In this document: positions 59,699 through 64,000 of the stretch, one piece after another
How positions within the stretch are numbered: the first letter of the stretch is position 1
Layout: the number at the start of each line of letters is the position of its first letter
Assembly: GCA_965228735.1 (NCBI GenBank)
Contig: OZ245838.1
Span: 2,496,001 to 2,560,000 of the forward strand
DNA length: 64,000 bases
Direction of reading: 5' to 3'
From: Planctomycetota bacterium
GTDB taxonomy: Bacteria > Planctomycetota > UBA1135 > UBA2386
Position numbers and translations under genes: made by a program
The notes under the pieces: model-generated
The model's input: only the letters and a program-made list of their open reading frames with translations
What the model was told of the DNA's origin: nothing
Database searches by the model: none

Positions 59699-61261
59699 TC
59701 ACTCGGGGCGACTGCGCGCCGGGACCCGCACACCGAGCCACTCGCGGCGCCAGTGCGCGCCGGTCGCGCGCCCTTCTGCCGACGCATACTCGTAGCGATA
59801 CCATGCGATCCGCACCCAGCGCGGCGGGGCTTCGAACGGCCGCGACCAGAACAACCGTTCGACGGCAGGTTCCCCGGCGAGCAGGCGCTGTTGCAGCGCG
59901 CCGAGCCAGGCGTCCTCGCTCGGCGGACAGAAGCCCGCGAACCACAGGCGGAACCCGAGATAGTCGTGATAGGGCGCGAAGAAGGTCGGTGCCCGGTCGA
60001 CGGCTGCCGGCGGCCCGAGGAGTTCGTAGTCCCGCCAGTCGCTGCCGTCCTCGCTGCCCTGCACGACGAGCACGAACCGCTCCTGCGGCATGAGGCAGAA
60101 CATCGTGTAGCACGACGACAGGCGCAGCGGCTGCAGCGCGTTCGCGACGCGCGCCCCCGCCGGCCAGTAGTCCGCGAGCTCGAGCCGCACCGGGATGAAG
60201 CACGGGCCGAGGCTGGCCGCGAAGTAGACGAACGCAGCGCCCCATACACCCCATCGCAGGATCAGCCCGCCGCGTTCGCGTTCGGCATCCGGCTGTCGGT
60301 CGACGGCCAGGTCGAAGCCCGGTTGGCCGGCCCCTACGCCCGACCGTCTGCCGAGCCAGCAGCGCATGCGACCGAACACTCGTCGCAACGCGCCGTCGTC
60401 CCACATGAAGAGCAACAATGCTGCGGTGAGTGGCTGGAAACCGCGGATGTTGCAGACGAGCTGGATCCCGACCATGAGACCGAGGCAGACCGCGGCGGCG
60501 AGGCGGCGAGGCCAGCCCGGCACGAAGAACAACCACGGCAGCACGACCTCACAGAGCAGCGTGAACGCCGTGAGCGCTTGCAGCCAAGGGGCGCCGAGGT
60601 CGTGGAACCAGGCGGCCCACGGCGTCGGATGCGGCATCGTCAGCAGGAAGTCCGAGACGGCGGACAGATCGCGCCACGGCTCGTGGTAGAGCACCTTCGC
60701 GAGACCCGGGCCGAACAGCAACCGGAACGCGAACCACACGACGAGCCACCGCGCCCAGCGCGGCAACCGCGCATCGGCGCGCCACAGCAGCGCGTTCGCG
60801 GGCGCCACGAAGAACCCGAGGACGAGCAGCTCGGTCTGCAGATCGTCGAACGGGTAGTTGAACCACCGCACCATCCCGGGCTCGATCGCACGGAACGACA
60901 ACCACGCGACATAGCCGACGAGACAGCACGCCCGCGGGAACACACCAACCGCGAGCAGACCGCCAGCGACGACGCCGGCAGCGATCACCGCGCGCACGAA
61001 CCACGACGCGCTCGTGAGCCAGAACAGCGACGGGGCCTGCCAGATCGCAGCCGCCGACCCGTGCCCCCCGCGTTCTCGCAAGTCCGCCATGATGTCGGCG
61101 AGCGGCGTGATCCCACGCGGCCCGATCAGCCCCGGCGCCTGCAGCCACAAGGCGACGAACGCCACGACGAGCCCGAGCCCGAGGCAACGCAGATAGACCG
61201 ACCGCGCGATCCCGAACGTCGGCTCGCCGGCTGCCGGTTTTGGCACCGACCCCATCGTCAC
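59699..61261 (-). CDS. Lipase maturation factor (LMF1) family membrane protein
   Basis: YLRCLG, PGLIGPRGITP, FRLLFGPGLAK, TMPHPTP, VQGSEDG..WRDYE, APYH. Confidence 0.85.
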   Translation of the reverse strand: MTMGSVPKPAAGEPTFGIARSVYLRCLGLGLVVAFVALWLQAPGLIGPRGITPLADIMADLRERGGHGSAAAIWQAPSLFWLTSASWFVRAVIAAGVVAGGLLAVGVFPRACCLVGYVAWLSFRAIEPGMVRWFNYPFDDLQTELLVLGFFVAPANALLWRADARLPRWARWLVVWFAFRLLFGPGLAKVLYHEPWRDLSAVSDFLLTMPHPTPWAAWFHDLGAPWLQALTAFTLLCEVVLPWLFFVPGWPRRLAAAVCLGLMVGIQLVCNIRGFQPLTAALLLFMWDDGALRRVFGRMRCWLGRRSGVGAGQPGFDLAVDRQPDAERERGGLILRWGVWGAAFVYFAASLGPCFIPVRLELADYWPAGARVANALQPLRLSSCYTMFCLMPQERFVLVVQGSEDGSDWRDYELLGPPAAVDRAPTFFAPYHDYLGFRLWFAGFCPPSEDAWLGALQQRLLAGEPAVERLFWSRPFEAPPRWVRIAWYRYEYASAEGRATGAHWRREWLGVRVPARSRPE

Positions 61262-62262
61262 CCCGTCGCCGTGCGAGGCGGCGAACCGGCAGCCGATGGC
61301 CGGCCGGCGGGTGGCCGCTCACCGGACGGAGCGTCCGCCGACGGGGTATCTGCGGACGTTGTAGCCGCGGACGATGTATCCGCCGACGTTGTAGCCGCTG
61401 ACGTTGTAGCCGGTGATTCGGGCGCGCGGCGTGGCCGCGCGTAGCCGCCGACCGTTGCCGCCCGCCGCCGCGCGAACTCCGGCAACTCCGACCAGTGCAC
61501 GCCGGGAAAGTCGTGGTGCTCGGAATGGTATCCGATCTCGAACATCGTCCGGTTGTAGAACGGCAGCAGGAAGTCGTTGGAGTGCCGCGGCACCTTGCCG
61601 CTCGGCCAGTCCTCGCACCCGGCATGCTGCACGTGCATGCCGCGCCCCATGGTAATGCAGTTCGCGCACCACTGCGGCAGCAGCCACAGACACAGTCCCA
61701 TGACGGGGTCGATCCAGAACGGCACCGGCCATACCACCGCGAACCAGAACAGCTCCGTCCACGCCTCGCGCGGCTCGAAGCGCCCGGCGCGCGCGTCCGC
61801 GACGATGTGGTAGTAGTGCCGCCACGGCCAGTGGCGGATCATGAAACGCCGGCAGCTCTCGATCCGACCGTCGGGCAGTCGCTGCAGCACACTCCAGTCG
61901 TTCGGGCCGAGCAGGTACTTGTGGTGCACCGCGACGTGCAGATGCCGCCACCACCGCGCCGGCCAGCCCGCGAACGGGGTCCACAACCGCTCGAACCAGC
62001 GGTTGACCGCGCGGCTGCGGAAGATCGGCCGATGCGCGTGATTGTGGTAGTTCACGCCGAGGTCGATGCCGCTGATCCAACCGAGCAACGGAGCAGCCGC
62101 CAGAACGAACACGGCCCGCGACCAGACACCGCTGAGTCCCGCGAGGTCGGGCAGCAGCCAGCAAGTGAACGCGAGGCCGTACGCCACGACCACGAACAGA
62201 TGATAGGTCGCGCAGTGGGCATCCGCCGGCCGCGCGAACAGGCGAGTGAGAACGGGCTTCAT
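61258..62262 (-). CDS. Membrane fatty-acid desaturase family protein
   Basis: His boxes HNHAH, HVAVHH, QH, HSEHH. Confidence 0.87.
   Translation of the reverse strand: MKPVLTRLFARPADAHCATYHLFVVVAYGLAFTCWLLPDLAGLSGVWSRAVFVLAAAPLLGWISGIDLGVNYHNHAHRPIFRSRAVNRWFERLWTPFAGWPARWWRHLHVAVHHKYLLGPNDWSVLQRLPDGRIESCRRFMIRHWPWRHYYHIVADARAGRFEPREAWTELFWFAVVWPVPFWIDPVMGLCLWLLPQWCANCITMGRGMHVQHAGCEDWPSGKVPRHSNDFLLPFYNRTMFEIGYHSEHHDFPGVHWSELPEFARRRAATVGGYARPRRAPESPATTSAATTSADTSSAATTSADTPSADAPSGERPPAGRPSAAGSPPRTATG
61322..61411. repeat. About six degenerate 15-bp repeats in the desaturase 3' end
   Basis: Units at 61322, 61337, 61352, 61367, 61382, 61397 (GCNGACGTTGTAGCC-like); encode ATTSA/DTSSA. Confidence 0.8.
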
Positions 62263-62495
62263 CGGACTTCCCGGACGAGCCCGGCACTCCGGTCCGGGCA
62301 ACGGCCTTCCTTCGGGACCGAACGCGCGCTACACGAAATCCGCGCGCGGAGGCAATCGCCGGCTCGATGCGCTCGACCGCGCCCCGAGTCGGCCATGGCA
62401 ACCCCGCGATCGACGCGATCACCCGCATCGGCCCCCAGCGACCGAATCCGGCCCTCGAGGTGGCCCCCCGGCCGATCGACGCAACAATCGTCGCC

Positions 62496-64000
62496 ATGGA
62501 TCCCCGCCGTCATGCCGGACCGGCCCTGGCGCTGGCCGTCGCCACCCCGTTCTTCCTCTGCTGTGCCGCCTCGCCGGCCCAGGCGCAGCCCGCCGGCGAA
62601 CGCCGGCCGACCACTCACGAAGACGTCTGGCTCATGCGTCGCGTCGGCACGCCCGTGCTCGACCCCGCCGGCGCTCGCGCGATCGTGGCCGTGACCGAAC
62701 CGTCGTACGACAGCGACGAGACGATGCGCGACCTCTGGCTCGTCACGACGGATGGCAGTGCGCCGCCGCGCCGCCTCACCTCGACCCCGGGCGGCGAGAG
62801 CGCCGTGTCGTGGCGCCCGGACGGCGCGCAGATCCTGTTCGCCGCGCGGCGTGGCGACGACGAGAAGTCGCAGGCCTACGTGCTCGACATGAACGCGCCG
62901 GGCGAGGCGCGACGGGTCACGTCGCACGGCGGCGGCGTCAGCAATCCGCGCTGGAGCCCCGACGGCCGTCACCTGCTCTTCGAGAGCACGGTCGACGCCG
63001 ACGACGGCACCGACCTGGACGCCGACGTCGCGGCCAGCGCGTACGACACCTTCCCGATCCGCTACTGGGATCGCTGGCTCGACGACCGCCAGGTCCACGT
63101 GTTCGTGCAGCCGATCGACGGCAGCACGGCGCCCCGCGACCTGCTCGCCGGCACGAAGCTCGTGGGGCACCGCGGGTTCAGCGCGTCGCCGGGCCGCGGG
63201 CAGGATTCGCTGCAGGCCTGCTGGACTCCGGACGGTGACGAGATCCTGTTCGTCGCCACGACCGAACGGGATCGCAGCGCGTTCGACCGCGTCCGCTACC
63301 ACATCTACCGGGTGCCGGTCGCGGGCGGCGAACCGCGGCGGCTGACGGGCGACCCGGACGGCAGCGAGTCGGGGCCGCGCTTCGATGCGACGGGACAACG
63401 GCTGCTGTTCATGCGGTCACCGAAGACGAAGTTCGTCTACGACCACGCGCAGCTGATGCTCATGCCGTGGCCCGGCGACGGCTCGAGCCGGCGACTCGCG
63501 AGCGACTTCGACCGCCCGATCCACGACTTCGCGACGCACGGCGACCGCCTCTGGGTCGTCGCCAGCGAGCACGGCCGCCGCCGCATCTTCACGGGCGTGC
63601 TCACGTGGGACGCCAAGGAACTGCGCCTGCTCGACCCCGCATCGCGCGGCGTCTACGCGGGCATCGCGGTCGGCGGCGACGAACCCGTGCTGCTCGCGCG
63701 CTGGGAGGACTCGACGCATCCGGCCGAGGTCGTCCGCGTCGAACCGACGGGCGGTCACCGGCAACGCCTCACCGAGTTCAACGTCGCCCGCGCGGCCGAG
63801 CTCGACCGCCAGCCGTTCCGCGAGTTCTGGTTCGAGAACGCGGCCGGCAACCGAATCCACTGCTGGCTCGTGTTGCCGCCGGCCTTCGACGAGACGAAGA
63901 AGTATCCGCTGCTGACCTGGATGCACGGCGGCCCCCACAGCACGTCGCTCGACGCCGATCACGTGCGGTGGAGTCCACACCTCATGGCCGCGCCGGGCTA
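62496..64000 (+). CDS. S9 family peptidase (acylaminoacyl/dipeptidyl peptidase-like), truncated by window end
   Basis: Not in ORF track; ATG 62496 MDPRRHAGPALAL...; PD40-like WSPDG repeats; KYPLLTWMHGGPH in frame near 63900. Confidence 0.9.
   Translation, partial: MDPRRHAGPALALAVATPFFLCCAASPAQAQPAGERRPTTHEDVWLMRRVGTPVLDPAGARAIVAVTEPSYDSDETMRDLWLVTTDGSAPPRRLTSTPGGESAVSWRPDGAQILFAARRGDDEKSQAYVLDMNAPGEARRVTSHGGGVSNPRWSPDGRHLLFESTVDADDGTDLDADVAASAYDTFPIRYWDRWLDDRQVHVFVQPIDGSTAPRDLLAGTKLVGHRGFSASPGRGQDSLQACWTPDGDEILFVATTERDRSAFDRVRYHIYRVPVAGGEPRRLTGDPDGSESGPRFDATGQRLLFMRSPKTKFVYDHAQLMLMPWPGDGSSRRLASDFDRPIHDFATHGDRLWVVASEHGRRRIFTGVLTWDAKELRLLDPASRGVYAGIAVGGDEPVLLARWEDSTHPAEVVRVEPTGGHRQRLTEFNVARAAELDRQPFREFWFENAAGNRIHCWLVLPPAFDETKKYPLLTWMHGGPHSTSLDADHVRWSPHLMAAPG

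Overview
Very GC-rich bacterial DNA. The gene content (ECF sigma/Ser-Thr kinase pair, ECF fused to carboxypeptidase-regulatory-like domains, several Cys-type sulfatases, many secreted beta-propeller proteins) suggests Planctomycetota; this is an inference, as no marker gene is present. About 45 CDSs; no rRNA, tRNA, CRISPR or intact mobile element seen. Main results: (1) two genes split by the ORF track are single frames interrupted by an in-frame TGA at a redox-site position and followed by a SECIS-like hairpin, so they are probable selenoproteins. One is an EF-hand/iodothyronine-deiodinase-like protein (FGSYT-U-PPF, 42365-43531), the other a selenoprotein-N-like protein (LDDEFC-U-SNAR, 49983-51080). 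(2) The SelN-like gene has a sigma54 -24/-12 promoter and two palindromic enhancer-like sites directly behind an NtrC-type two-component pair, which looks like a self-contained regulatory module. (3) Eight secreted proteins with mostly unrelated passenger domains share a ~130-aa two-cysteine C-terminal domain, a candidate lineage-specific sorting/anchoring signal. Smaller items: a structured 5' leader and 3' tandem repeat around an RRM gene, an orphan flagellin with a 30-bp hairpin, gene remnants and a GluR0-like channel.
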